Source of the DNA: Myxococcota bacterium
Lineage (GTDB): Bacteria; Myxococcota_A; UBA9160; UBA4427
DNA length: 64,000 nucleotides
NCBI GenBank assembly: GCA_036336835.1
Contig: JAYZFK010000094.1
Location: 32,001 to 96,000 of the forward strand
Direction: 5' to 3'
A program made the translations under genes and the position numbers. Below the pieces are notes generated by a model, which did no database searches, was not told the origin of the DNA, and saw nothing but the letters and a program-made list of their open reading frames with translations. Shown here one piece after another: positions 35,504 through 45,536 of this stretch (positions within the stretch are counted from its first letter, which is position 1; each line of letters starts with the position of its first letter).

Positions 35504-38230
35504 TCAGCCACCGGAATCGCCCAGTGGGCTCTCGATGGCCGCGAGGAGCGCGTCACGAAGTGGCCCGAGTTGCTCGGGCGTCAGCTTGGCACCATCTCGA
35601 GCACGCACGTAGAACGTATCAGCCACCTGGTCGCGGATCGTCGCCGCCTTCGAAACGAAGATCTCGACCTCGCAATCGCCCAGGGTCCGCGTCAGGTCGT
35701 ACAGCAGGCCGATCCGATCGTCCGCAGTGACGTCCACGAGTGTGTAGAAGTCGGACTCGGCGTTGGTCACGATGACGCTCGGCGCGTTGCGGGTCGGCAG
35801 CGACAACCCCCGGCGCCGCCGGTTGAGCAGTAGCGCAGCGACATCGGACTCTCCCCGAAGCACGCATTCGAGCGTCGCGGCGAACTCTTCTCGCACGAGC
35901 TCCCGCTCCCCCTCCCCGCCGGGCGGCGTAGTCAGGCGGTAGACCTCCAGCGCAAGCCCACCGCGCAGGGTGTAGACGTGAGAGCCGAGGATGTTCAACG
36001 TCGCCGCAGTCAGTGCCCCGGCCACTTGCGAATAGAGCCCCGGGACGTCGCGAGCACACACGATGAACTCGGTAAATCCACCGCGCATCTCGCGAAACCC
36101 GGTCCCGCAGACCTGCTCGGGCCGATACTTCAGGACGACCTGCGCATGACGCGCGATCTGTCGCGGCGTGTGGGAGACGAAGTAGCGCCGCGGCAACGCT
36201 GCAAAGTAGGCCTCGACCTGCTCCTCGCCGACCCCGTGCTCGCGGAGCTCGCTGATCGCACCCTCGCGCCGCGTCTCGACGCGCTTCTCGATCAACTCGA
36301 GTGCCTTCGAGGAGTCCTCGGCGCCCGTCTCGAGGAGCTCTGAGCTGCGCTCGAATAGCTCGCGCAGCAAATCGCCCTTCCAATCGTTCCAGGCGTCGCG
36401 CGACGACGCCCGAATATCCGCAAACGTGCACAGATACAGATTGCGCAGGTTCACCCGGTCCCCACACAGCCGCGCAAAATCCGAGATCAGCTTCGGATCC
36501 GACAGGTCGCGGCGCTGCGCAAGGTGCGACATCAGCAGATGATGCTCCACCAGGAACAGCACTCGCTCGCTCCGCTCCGGCGCGAGGCCCAAGCGCTCGA
36601 TACAGACCCGCGCTCGCAGCACTCCCTTGGCAGAGTGGTCCCCGCCAAACCCCTTGCCGATGTCGTGCAGCAGACAGCCGAGGTACAACGCCTCGATATC
36701 GTCGACTTCGCGCACCAGAGCCGCCAGCTCCGAAAGGCTCTCCTCATGCTTGCCACGCCAGAGCCGGCGCAACTCTTCGACCAGGAAGATCGAGTGAACA
36801 TCGACCGTATAGGTGTGATAGATCACGTGCTGCCAGCGACAGAAGATGTGCTCCCACTCCGGCAGATAGGCACCCAGAAGCCCGACGTCGTTCATCGCCA
36901 TCAGTGTCCGCATCACGCGCTGCTCGGCGGACAGGATCTGCAGGAACAGTCGTGCGCACTCCGGATCGTGCTGAAAGCGCTCGTCCACCAGCTCGAGCGA
37001 CTCCCGGATCCAGCGCGTCGCGATGCGCGAGAGCGGCACGCCCCACTGCTGCGCGACCACGAAGGCGCGAAGCAGTCGGCGCGGATCGTCACGCAGATGC
37101 GAGGCGTGCGGAAGCTCGAGGTACCCGGCCACGAGACGGAAGCCGTCGATCGTATCGAGCACCTCTGGGGGGCCCTGCCTCGGCGCGACGCGGGCCTCGC
37201 TGAGATCGAGCACCAGCTCCGAGTAGTTCTGAATCGTGCGAGCCTGTCGATAGTAGTCCCGCATGAAACGCTCTACTGGCAGCTCGATGTCTACCTCGTC
37301 CGACGGCGAGTCGTCGCGACTGCCGTACCCCAGCGACTCGGCGATCCTCTCCTGCAGCTCGAAACTCATCTGGTCGTTGCACCGCCCGGAGATCCGGTGC
37401 AACTCGTTCCGCGTACGCCACAGAAAATCGAGCGCGCCGTGCAGCTCGGCGATCTCCAGCTCGGTCAACAGCCCGAAGTAGAGCCAGTCGTCGAGATCGC
37501 GCACCGAGGGCTGCGCGCCGCGCGTTGCCCAGTAGGCGGCGTGATAATCGCGCAGCCCACCCGCACCCTCCTTGACGTTCGGCTGCAGCAGGAACAGCGA
37601 CTCACCGTAGCGCTCGTGTCGAGCGCGCATGCCCGCACGCCGCTCAGCGACGAAAGCTGCCACGTCCGGCAGGAGTTCCGAACGGATCGTATCTGCGAAG
37701 ACGTGGAAGAACTCGCCGTCGCCGCACAGGAAGCGCGCCATCAGCACGCCGGTACGAACGGTCTCGTCCGCTCGGCCGAGCTCGATCGTCTCGGCGATCG
37801 TGCGCGTCGCGCATCCGACCGTCAGGCCCGCGTCCCACATCCAGTACAGCAATCGCTCAGCAATCTGTGCGACATAGGGCGTGAGCGCGTCGCGGTACAG
37901 TACCAGTAGATCGATGTCCGAGTAGATCGACATCTCGCGCCGGGCGTAGCCGCCGACCGCAACCACGGCGACTCCCGTATCGAGCTCGCCGCCCTCGACC
38001 AGAATGCTCTCCTCGGCGAGCGCAAACAGGCGCCGGACCATCCGATCGGTGAGATCCGAGTTCGACTCGTTGACGACGCGCCCGGACTTCTGCTCGCGCT
38101 GCAGCCGCTCGAGGTACTCGCGGGTCTCGGCACGATACGAGCGAACCGCTTCGACCACTGCGCGCGACTCCCGTCCGACGGGACGCGGGATCTCGCCCAG
38201 CCAGCGATCGATCGTAGGCGCGCGGTTCAC
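35504..38230 (-). CDS. glnD: [Protein-PII] uridylyltransferase / uridylyl-removing enzyme
   Basis: AVGGY.R.E...SDIDL, PNVKEGAGGLRD, HTYTVDVH, HD motif LLHDIGKG and two C-terminal ACT domains. Confidence 0.95.
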   Translation of the reverse strand: MNRAPTIDRWLGEIPRPVGRESRAVVEAVRSYRAETREYLERLQREQKSGRVVNESNSDLTDRMVRRLFALAEESILVEGGELDTGVAVVAVGGYARREMSIYSDIDLLVLYRDALTPYVAQIAERLLYWMWDAGLTVGCATRTIAETIELGRADETVRTGVLMARFLCGDGEFFHVFADTIRSELLPDVAAFVAERRAGMRARHERYGESLFLLQPNVKEGAGGLRDYHAAYWATRGAQPSVRDLDDWLYFGLLTELEIAELHGALDFLWRTRNELHRISGRCNDQMSFELQERIAESLGYGSRDDSPSDEVDIELPVERFMRDYYRQARTIQNYSELVLDLSEARVAPRQGPPEVLDTIDGFRLVAGYLELPHASHLRDDPRRLLRAFVVAQQWGVPLSRIATRWIRESLELVDERFQHDPECARLFLQILSAEQRVMRTLMAMNDVGLLGAYLPEWEHIFCRWQHVIYHTYTVDVHSIFLVEELRRLWRGKHEESLSELAALVREVDDIEALYLGCLLHDIGKGFGGDHSAKGVLRARVCIERLGLAPERSERVLFLVEHHLLMSHLAQRRDLSDPKLISDFARLCGDRVNLRNLYLCTFADIRASSRDAWNDWKGDLLRELFERSSELLETGAEDSSKALELIEKRVETRREGAISELREHGVGEEQVEAYFAALPRRYFVSHTPRQIARHAQVVLKYRPEQVCGTGFREMRGGFTEFIVCARDVPGLYSQVAGALTAATLNILGSHVYTLRGGLALEVYRLTTPPGGEGERELVREEFAATLECVLRGESDVAALLLNRRRRGLSLPTRNAPSVIVTNAESDFYTLVDVTADDRIGLLYDLTRTLGDCEVEIFVSKAATIRDQVADTFYVRARDGAKLTPEQLGPLRDALLAAIESPLGDSGG

Positions 38231-39393
38231 GGGCGCGTGCCCGCCACGCGGAGCCCGATCTTTTCGCGGTACCGCTCGATGCCCTGAGCGATCCGGTCGG
38301 CCAGTAGATCGAGGTAAAGATCGCTTGCGAGCAACTTCGCATCCTGGCGGTTCGTCAGGAATCCCGCCTCGACCAGGATCGAAGGCATGCTCGACAGGAA
38401 CAACACATAGAATGGCCCCTTCTTGACCCCGAGATCCGGCATCGATCGCGTGCGGCGGTTGCGCGACAGCCCGTTGACGATGTCCTCGTGGACGACGCTT
38501 GCGAGCGTCCTCGAATGGGCACCCGTCTCCGAGACGCGTAGCTTGGCCAACGTCCTCTGCAGGCTATCGAGCTCGCCGCGGGGCACGTCGTTCTCGCGCG
38601 CCGCGACCTCGAGGCTGTGCCGCTCGTGATCCTCGTCGAGGTAATAGATCTCGATCCCGCGCGTCCCGCGGCGCGAGGAGGCGTTGGTGTGGATCGAGAC
38701 GAACACGTCGCCGCCCGCGGACTCCGCGAGAACGGTGCGCTGCTCGAGGTCGAGGTAGCGGTCATCGCGGCGCGTCATCGCGACTTCGAAATCACGCGCC
38801 GCAAGGCTCGAGGCGAGCCGTTTCGCGAGCTTGAGGTTGATATCCTTCTCGCGCACGCCGCCTAGACCGATCGCACCCGGGTCGCGTCCGCCGTGACCCG
38901 GGTCGACTACCACCTTGCGGATGCTGCGCAGCGCAAGACCCGGCCGAGCGTCGGCAGGCTTGCGCCCCACGCTCTTGCGCGGCCCGTATACGTCCACGAC
39001 GACTCGGTCGGGAGACCGCAGCGTGAGCAGCCTGTGGCGGTCGTAGCGCTCGAGATCGATCACGAGCCGCGTGGTCCGCAGGGTGTTCTGGCCGACGCGC
39101 ACGCCCCGCAGCAGACCATCGCCGACCGCGATCCCGTCCTGATAGCTGCGCCCGACCCAGATCCCCTGAAGATCGACATAGAGCCGCGCCGGCTTGCCGG
39201 CCGACCGGTCCGCCCCGAGCCGTCGGACCTCGACCTCGACGGGCCGCGTGAGCTCCACCACGACACGCGTGAACTCCTCGTGCGACCAGGTTCGCACGTC
39301 GCGCACGTCACCCAGGCCGCGCGGGCGCTCGACGGCCAGCATCAGCGGCAGCAGCATCACCAGCAGAGCGATCAGGCCAGCCCGCGCCCTCAC
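38227..39393 (-). CDS. N-acetylmuramoyl-L-alanine amidase (Amidase_3) with AMIN domain
   Basis: Signal peptide, AMIN-like TRVVVEL/PDRVVVD, DPGHGGRDPGA, EKDINL, SIHTN and LVEAGF. Confidence 0.93.
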   Translation of the reverse strand: MRARAGLIALLVMLLPLMLAVERPRGLGDVRDVRTWSHEEFTRVVVELTRPVEVEVRRLGADRSAGKPARLYVDLQGIWVGRSYQDGIAVGDGLLRGVRVGQNTLRTTRLVIDLERYDRHRLLTLRSPDRVVVDVYGPRKSVGRKPADARPGLALRSIRKVVVDPGHGGRDPGAIGLGGVREKDINLKLAKRLASSLAARDFEVAMTRRDDRYLDLEQRTVLAESAGGDVFVSIHTNASSRRGTRGIEIYYLDEDHERHSLEVAARENDVPRGELDSLQRTLAKLRVSETGAHSRTLASVVHEDIVNGLSRNRRTRSMPDLGVKKGPFYVLFLSSMPSILVEAGFLTNRQDAKLLASDLYLDLLADRIAQGIERYREKIGLRVAGTRP

Positions 39394-42068
39394 TCCTCGC
39401 CCTCCTCAGCGAGCTCGCGTTGTAGCTGCCCGAGCTCGAGAAGCGCATCGAGGGGCGTCGTGCGCTCGACGTCGAGCCCACGCAGTGCCGCCAGCACCTC
39501 GCGCTCCGCAGGGCTCGACGAGCTGCCGCCGCCCAGCGCAAACGCGAGCTGACCGGTGTCGGGCTCCGGCCCACCGCGCGCGAGCCGCGGTCGGCCGCGC
39601 GCGTCGAGCTCGCCCCCCTCGAGGTTGGAAAGGATCTGCTGCGAGCGTTCGATCACGGCATGCGGCAACCCCGCGAGCCGAGCCACCTGGATGCCGTAGG
39701 AGCGGCTCGCCCCGCCCGTGACCAGGCGACGCAGGAACACGACGCGCCCGTCCAGTTCCCGGGCGTCGAAGTGTGCGTTGCGCACGCGCTCCTTGGTCAG
39801 CGCCAGCTCGATCAGCTCGTGGAAGTGCGTCGCAAACAGCGTGCGTGCTGCCAGACCGGGTGTGTCGTGCAGGTACTCCGCCACGGCCCACGCAATCGCG
39901 AGGCCGTCGAAGGTAGACGTGCCTCGGCCGATCTCGTCGAGGATGATCAGACTCCGGTTCGAGGCCTGTCGCAGGATCTCGGCCGTCTCCCGCATCTCGA
40001 CCATGAAGGTGGACTCCCCGCGCGACAGCCGATCGGAGGCACCGACGCGCGTGAAGATTCGATCGACCACCCCGATCCGCGCACTCTCGGCGGGCACGAA
40101 GCTTCCCAGCTGCGACAGCAACACGATCAAGCCGACCTGTCGCAAATAGGTGCTCTTCCCCGACATGTTCGGTCCAGTCAGCAGCAGGATCTGCGAATCG
40201 CAGGCGTCGAGCTGCGCGTCGTTGGCCACGAAGCCGTCGCCGCCCGCCCGCTCGAGCAGCGCCTCGACGACGGGATGGCGCCCGCCAACGATCGACAGCG
40301 CCGTCCCCTCGTCGACGGTGGGCCGCACCCATCCGCGCACCCGTGCTGTTTCGGCCAGCGAAGCCAACGCATCGAGCTCCGCCACACCATCGGCTGCGCT
40401 GCGGATGCGAGCGCTCTCGGCGACCACCTGCTCGCGAAGGCCCTCGAACAGCGACCGTTCGAGCTCGGCGGCCCGCTCGTTGGCGCCGAGCACCCGGCTC
40501 TCCATCTCGCGCAGCGCCCCTGTCGTAAATCGCTCCACGTTGGCGAGAGTCTGCCGGCGCTCGTAGTCATCGGGCACGCGCGACAGCTGACTCTTCGGGA
40601 CCTCGAGCGAGTAGCCGTGCACCGGGTGGTAGCGGACCTTCAGATTCGAGATGCCACTGCGCTCGCGCTCATCGGCCTCCAGGCCCGCGATCCACTCACG
40701 TCCCTTGTCCGCGCTCTCGCGCAACGCGTCGAGCTCCGAGCGGTACCCGACGCGGATGTAGCCGGTGGCTCCCGCGCCGCGAGAGCCACGCGCAACGACC
40801 GGCGGATCGTCGATCAGCGCGTCGGCGAGCAGCGCCACGAGCGCGGGCAATACCCCGGGCGGGCGCAGCGACGGGGGCCTCGTGGTCTCCGGCGGCAGCA
40901 GACCTTGCTCGTCGGCCTCGAGCACCTCCACTACCCTCGGTAGCGCCTGGAGGGAGCTGCGCAGCTGACCGAGATCACGCGGCACCGCACCGGGACGCGA
41001 GCAGCGGGCGAGCAGCCGCTCGAGATCTCGAATCGCACGCATGGCTTCGCGCAGACGCGCCCGCGGACGATCGCGCTCGGCCAGGAATGCCACCGCGTCC
41101 TGCCTCTCGCGGATTGCCGCCACATCCAGTAGCGGATAGGCCATCCAGCGCGCGAGTCGACGCGCGCCGAGCGCGGTCGTCGACCGGTCGACCTGCTCGA
41201 TCAAGGTGCCGCGGCGCCCGCGATCTTCGCCGTTCTCGAACAGCTCGAGGTGGGTGCGGGTTGCAGAGTCGAGCACCATCGCGTCGGACAGCGCATAGCA
41301 ACGGAGTCGGGGCGCCTGCGCGAGGGCGAACGGCTGGTTTTCCCCGAGGTAGCGCAGCAACACGGCGACCGCGTGCTTGGCCGCCTCGCTAGGCGCCGCA
41401 TCCAGTCCTTCGCACGAGGGCGAGTCGCTCCCGGGCTCGATCACAGTGACAACGGTGTCCGGCAGCGACTCGCCGAGCGCGCTCTTCACCGCGTCCGCGT
41501 GCTCTCTGTTCGCGAGGACCTCGCGCGGCCCGATCCGTTCGAGTTCCTGCACGATAAGCTCGGGGAGCGGTCCGTCGACGCCATCGCAGGGTGCCGACGT
41601 TGCGCGAAAGTCGCCCGTGGAGGCTTCCAGCACGGCGAGACCGCACACGTCAGCGTGCAGCGCAAGGGCCGCTACCGCGACCTCCCGCTCTCCGGCCAGG
41701 CCCGACGGATCGCCGACCAGCCCGGGCGTCACGACCTCGACCACTTCGCGTCGGACGAGCCGCCGCCCGCCGGCCTTCTTGGCGTCCTCGACCTGCTCGC
41801 AGATGGCAACACGGTGGCCCAGTTCAGCCAGCCGTTTGATGTGCTGGTCGGCGGCGTGTACCGGCACACCACACATCGGCACGGGATCGGGCTTGTTCCG
41901 GTCGCGGGTGGTGAGCGCGATGTCGAGCAGCGGAGCCGCCCGCTCGGCATCGTCCAGGAACATCTCGTAGAAGTCGCCCATCCGGTAGAAGACGATCGCG
42001 TCGCGGTGAGCCGCCTTCACCGCGAGGTATTGCTTCATCATCGGTGTCTCGAGGGCCGAGACCGTCAT
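39390..42068 (-). CDS. mutS: DNA mismatch repair protein MutS
   Basis: TPMMKQY, FYRMGDFYEMF, TGPNMSGKSTY, STFMVEM, DEIGRGTST and SYGIQVA. Confidence 0.98.
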   Translation of the reverse strand: MTVSALETPMMKQYLAVKAAHRDAIVFYRMGDFYEMFLDDAERAAPLLDIALTTRDRNKPDPVPMCGVPVHAADQHIKRLAELGHRVAICEQVEDAKKAGGRRLVRREVVEVVTPGLVGDPSGLAGEREVAVAALALHADVCGLAVLEASTGDFRATSAPCDGVDGPLPELIVQELERIGPREVLANREHADAVKSALGESLPDTVVTVIEPGSDSPSCEGLDAAPSEAAKHAVAVLLRYLGENQPFALAQAPRLRCYALSDAMVLDSATRTHLELFENGEDRGRRGTLIEQVDRSTTALGARRLARWMAYPLLDVAAIRERQDAVAFLAERDRPRARLREAMRAIRDLERLLARCSRPGAVPRDLGQLRSSLQALPRVVEVLEADEQGLLPPETTRPPSLRPPGVLPALVALLADALIDDPPVVARGSRGAGATGYIRVGYRSELDALRESADKGREWIAGLEADERERSGISNLKVRYHPVHGYSLEVPKSQLSRVPDDYERRQTLANVERFTTGALREMESRVLGANERAAELERSLFEGLREQVVAESARIRSAADGVAELDALASLAETARVRGWVRPTVDEGTALSIVGGRHPVVEALLERAGGDGFVANDAQLDACDSQILLLTGPNMSGKSTYLRQVGLIVLLSQLGSFVPAESARIGVVDRIFTRVGASDRLSRGESTFMVEMRETAEILRQASNRSLIILDEIGRGTSTFDGLAIAWAVAEYLHDTPGLAARTLFATHFHELIELALTKERVRNAHFDARELDGRVVFLRRLVTGGASRSYGIQVARLAGLPHAVIERSQQILSNLEGGELDARGRPRLARGGPEPDTGQLAFALGGGSSSSPAEREVLAALRGLDVERTTPLDALLELGQLQRELAEEGEE

Positions 42069-43075
42069 GCCCCATCCCTCCCGGGAGCCTTCGCCGCCTG
42101 GACCGGCGCGAGAACCTCGATCCATTCTTCGTATGCCTTGAGAGCGTCGGTCTCGCGTCTCTCGGCAAGCAGCAGCCGCCCCAGCTGCGCGCGCGTCTGC
42201 GCGTCGCCCGGCGCGGAGTCGAGCAGTCCGCGCAGCTCGTGAAGCGCCGCGTCCACGTCCCCACGCGCTGCCAGCATTCGCGCCAATGCGCGGCAGGCGG
42301 CACGATCGTCGGGTGACCGGGCCAGACACTCTCGCGCGAACGGCTCGAACTCATCCGCCCGCCCGAGCGCCGAGTACGTGGCGGCGATTCGCTCCCACAG
42401 CACGTCGGGCTCGTCGGGCCCGCGCTCCACCGCTCCGCACCAGGCGGCGAGTGCGGCCTTGTCGTGGCCTCGCTCCGCTTCGAGCTCACCGAGCAGCACG
42501 CGCGGTGCAGCGGCTCTCGGATCGCGTTTGATCGCGCGCTTCAGTGTTTTGCGCGCGACCTCGTTCTTGCCGCGTTCGGCCTTCTCGCGGGCCATCTCCG
42601 TCAACAGCTCGGACTCTCGCCGCGGGTCGGCCCGCCGCAGCCAACCCGCGCTCCGCTTGAGCACGGCAATCGCGCTCTCGTGCTGACCGGTCTGCGCAAA
42701 CAGCTCGACCAGGGCATCGACCGCCTCGCTGCGGCCCGGGTCTGCCTCGAGCACCTGCTCGTAGGCCGCGATCGCCCGCTCGCGATAGCCGCCCACCTGC
42801 AGATCCGCCGCGAGCGCCCGCAGCACCTGACCGCGCTGTGGCGCGCTGAGATCGCTGCGCAGCAGCAGGTTCTGGTGCACGCGCAGGGCACGGCCGATCT
42901 CGCCACGCTCACGATACAGGTGCGCCAACGCCAGGTAGGCGACTGCGTCGCTCGAGTCGGCGCGTACCACCTCCGCGAGCTCGCGCTCCGCCGCATCGAG
43001 GTCGCCCTCGAGCAACGCCTGCAGCGCGCGCCGCGTGCGGGCTGCCAGATCGATGCCGCTGTCAGCCCGCGCCAC
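42065..43075 (-). CDS. lapB: TPR protein, LapB (YciM)-like
   Basis: LALAHLYRERGEIGRALRVHQNLL LapB signature and position after ihfB-lapA; no TM anchor or rubredoxin domain visible. Confidence 0.75.
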   Translation of the reverse strand: MARADSGIDLAARTRRALQALLEGDLDAAERELAEVVRADSSDAVAYLALAHLYRERGEIGRALRVHQNLLLRSDLSAPQRGQVLRALAADLQVGGYRERAIAAYEQVLEADPGRSEAVDALVELFAQTGQHESAIAVLKRSAGWLRRADPRRESELLTEMAREKAERGKNEVARKTLKRAIKRDPRAAAPRVLLGELEAERGHDKAALAAWCGAVERGPDEPDVLWERIAATYSALGRADEFEPFARECLARSPDDRAACRALARMLAARGDVDAALHELRGLLDSAPGDAQTRAQLGRLLLAERRETDALKAYEEWIEVLAPVQAAKAPGRDGA

Positions 43076-43087
43076 CGCCTCCCCCGT

Positions 43088-43480
43088 TCACCGAGCCACC
43101 TCGACTGGAAGCGACGATGCCGGGGGGTCGGAGAGCACGTCGGCCTGAGTCCCCTCTGCGGAAATTGCCGCGTCAGCGCGCTCGGCTTCGACCGGCAGAT
43201 TGCGCAGCTGGTGCACCTCGGATTCGAGCGCCGCGAGCGTCTTCCGATAGCGACGCTGCGCCAGCGAGGAACGAGTCAGCTGCCCGAACAGGCTCAGCGC
43301 CGTCGCCACGATGCCCATCACGAAGCTCGTCAGCAGTGCCACCCACAGCGGAACGGCAGTGAGCGCGCCGAACAGATAATCGACGCTAACCGGGTCCGCA
43401 TTGTGGCCGGCAAAGGTCCAGCCGCTGACCAGAGCGGCGATGAACACTGCAATCCACAGCCCCCGACGCACATACGACAT
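43088..43480 (-). CDS. lapA: Lipopolysaccharide assembly protein A domain protein
   Basis: Two TM helices around N..PVSVDYLF, followed by a coiled coil ..E...LRNLPV; lies between ihfB and lapB. Confidence 0.8.
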   Translation of the reverse strand: MSYVRRGLWIAVFIAALVSGWTFAGHNADPVSVDYLFGALTAVPLWVALLTSFVMGIVATALSLFGQLTRSSLAQRRYRKTLAALESEVHQLRNLPVEAERADAAISAEGTQADVLSDPPASSLPVEVAR

Positions 43481-43518
43481 CGTTGCCCCCCCTCGTCTCG
43501 TCTGTCCCGGCGGTGCGA

Positions 43519-43839
43519 TCAGCCTTCCTGACCCGATCGCTCCGGGGCCCCGTCCGGGGCGGCGGAGTCGACCATCTCCTTCAGCTCCTTGCCTACCTTG
43601 AAGAACGGCGTGCGCTTGGCGCTGATGTGCACCGGCTCGCCGGTCTTGGGGTTCCGCCCCTCACGCGCCTCGCGCATCTTGACCTGGAAGCTTCCGAACC
43701 CGCGGATCTCGATCCGCTCATCGGACTTCAGTGCTTCGATCATCGAATCGAAGATCGTGTTCACTACGACCTCGGTGTCCTTCTTGGAGATGTGCGGCGT
43801 GAGCCGCGCCACCTCTTCTATCAGGCCGCTCTTCGTCAT
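43519..43839 (-). CDS. ihfB: Integration host factor subunit beta
   Basis: MTKSGLIE, RIEIRGFGSF, GRNPKTGE and PFFKVGKELK; follows rpsA. Confidence 0.93.
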   Translation of the reverse strand: MTKSGLIEEVARLTPHISKKDTEVVVNTIFDSMIEALKSDERIEIRGFGSFQVKMREAREGRNPKTGEPVHISAKRTPFFKVGKELKEMVDSAAPDGAPERSGQEG

Positions 43840-45536
43840 TCCGTCTCTTCCCCGTCAGTCTCGTGCGCAGCGAGCTTCTCGGCCAGCAGATCACCGAGCG
43901 TGGTTGTCTGGCTCTGAGCCTCGCTGGCCGCCTGTTCCTTGAGGGCAGCGCGCTCCGTCTTGTCAGTCAGCGCACGGATCGATAGCGAGATCTTCTGCTC
44001 GCTCGGATCCACCTTGGTGACCAACGCGGTCACCTCCTGCCCCTCCGAGAAGTGCTCGGCCGGCTTCTCGATCCGCTCCTGAGCGAGCTCCGAGCTGTAG
44101 ATCAGGCCCTCGATTCCGTCCTCCAGCCGCAGGAAGACGCCGAAGTCCGTGATGCTCGACACCGCACCGGTGATCTCGGTCGACACCGGATACTTCTTGC
44201 GAATCCCGTCCCACGGATTGGGCAGCAGCTGTTTGATACCCAGCGAGAACTTCTCGTTCTCCTTGTCGATCTTCAGCACCACGGCCTCGATCTCGTCGCC
44301 CTTCTTGAACGTCTCGCTCGGATGTTTGACCTGCTCGGTCCACGAGATATCCGAGATGTGCACCAGGCCGTCGATGCCCTCCTCGAGTCCGATGAACACG
44401 CCAAAGTTGGTGATGTTGCGGACCTGACCCGACACGTGGGTACCCACCGGGTACTGCTCCTCGATCACGCTCCACGGATTCGGCTCGATCTGCTTCATGC
44501 CAAGCGAGATTTTGCGATCGCGCTCATCCACGTCGAGCACCACAGCTTCGACTATGTCGCCGATCGACACCATCTTCGAGGGGTGCTTGACACGCTTGGT
44601 CCACGACATCTCGCTGACGTGGACCAGCCCCTCGATACCCGGCTCGAGTTCGATGAAGGCGCCGTAGTCTGTCAACGACACCACCTTGCCCTCGAGGCGT
44701 TTGCCGATCGGGCAACGCATTCCCACGTCGACCCACGGATCCGGCTGGATCTGCTTGAGGCCCAGTGAAACACGTTCGCTCTCGGGGTCGAACTTGAGCA
44801 CCTTGACCTTGATCTCGTCGCCAACGTTGAACAGCTCACTTGGATGCGTGATCCGGCCCCACGACATGTCCGTGATGTGGAGCAGGCCGTCGATCCCTCC
44901 AAGATCGATGAACGCACCGTAGTCGGTGAGGTTCTTGATCACGCCGTCGACGATCTGCCCCTCGGACAACGTCTTGAGGGTCTCGTCGCGCAGCTTGCGG
45001 CGTTCGGTCTCGAGCAGGGCTCGCCGCGACAACACGATGTTTCCGCGGCGCTTGTTGAACTTGATGATCTTGAAATGCATCCGCTCGCCGAGCAGACCCT
45101 CTAGATTCCGCACCGGCCGCAGGTCGACCTGCGAGCCAGGCAAGAAGGCCTTCACACCGATATCGACGGACAGACCGCCCTTCACCCGCGAGATGATCAC
45201 GCCCTCGCACGGCTCGTCGCTCTCGTAGGCCTTCGAGATCTCGTCCCAGACCTTGAGCCGCTCGGCCTTCTCCTTGGACAGCACGATCCGGCCGTCCTCG
45301 TCCTCCGACTCCTCGACCAGCACGTCGACGGTGTCGCCGACCTTGATCAGGATCTTGCCGTCGTCGCTCATGAATTCCCATGCAGCGACCAGACCCTCGG
45401 ACTTGCCGCCGACGTCGACCTGGACGTGGTCTTCGTCGATCGACAACACCGTGCCCTGGACGACCTCCCCTTCCTTGTACTGGGTGGTCTGCTGGCTGAA
45501 GAGCTCCGCAAAGCTGATTTCGTTCGATTCAGTCAT
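43836..45536 (-). CDS. rpsA: 30S ribosomal protein S1
   Basis: Six S1 repeats (AFLPGSQVD, YGAFIDLGGIDGLLHITDMSW, EGLVHVSEMSW). Confidence 0.98.
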   Translation of the reverse strand: MTESNEISFAELFSQQTTQYKEGEVVQGTVLSIDEDHVQVDVGGKSEGLVAAWEFMSDDGKILIKVGDTVDVLVEESEDEDGRIVLSKEKAERLKVWDEISKAYESDEPCEGVIISRVKGGLSVDIGVKAFLPGSQVDLRPVRNLEGLLGERMHFKIIKFNKRRGNIVLSRRALLETERRKLRDETLKTLSEGQIVDGVIKNLTDYGAFIDLGGIDGLLHITDMSWGRITHPSELFNVGDEIKVKVLKFDPESERVSLGLKQIQPDPWVDVGMRCPIGKRLEGKVVSLTDYGAFIELEPGIEGLVHVSEMSWTKRVKHPSKMVSIGDIVEAVVLDVDERDRKISLGMKQIEPNPWSVIEEQYPVGTHVSGQVRNITNFGVFIGLEEGIDGLVHISDISWTEQVKHPSETFKKGDEIEAVVLKIDKENEKFSLGIKQLLPNPWDGIRKKYPVSTEITGAVSSITDFGVFLRLEDGIEGLIYSSELAQERIEKPAEHFSEGQEVTALVTKVDPSEQKISLSIRALTDKTERAALKEQAASEAQSQTTTLGDLLAEKLAAHETDGEETE

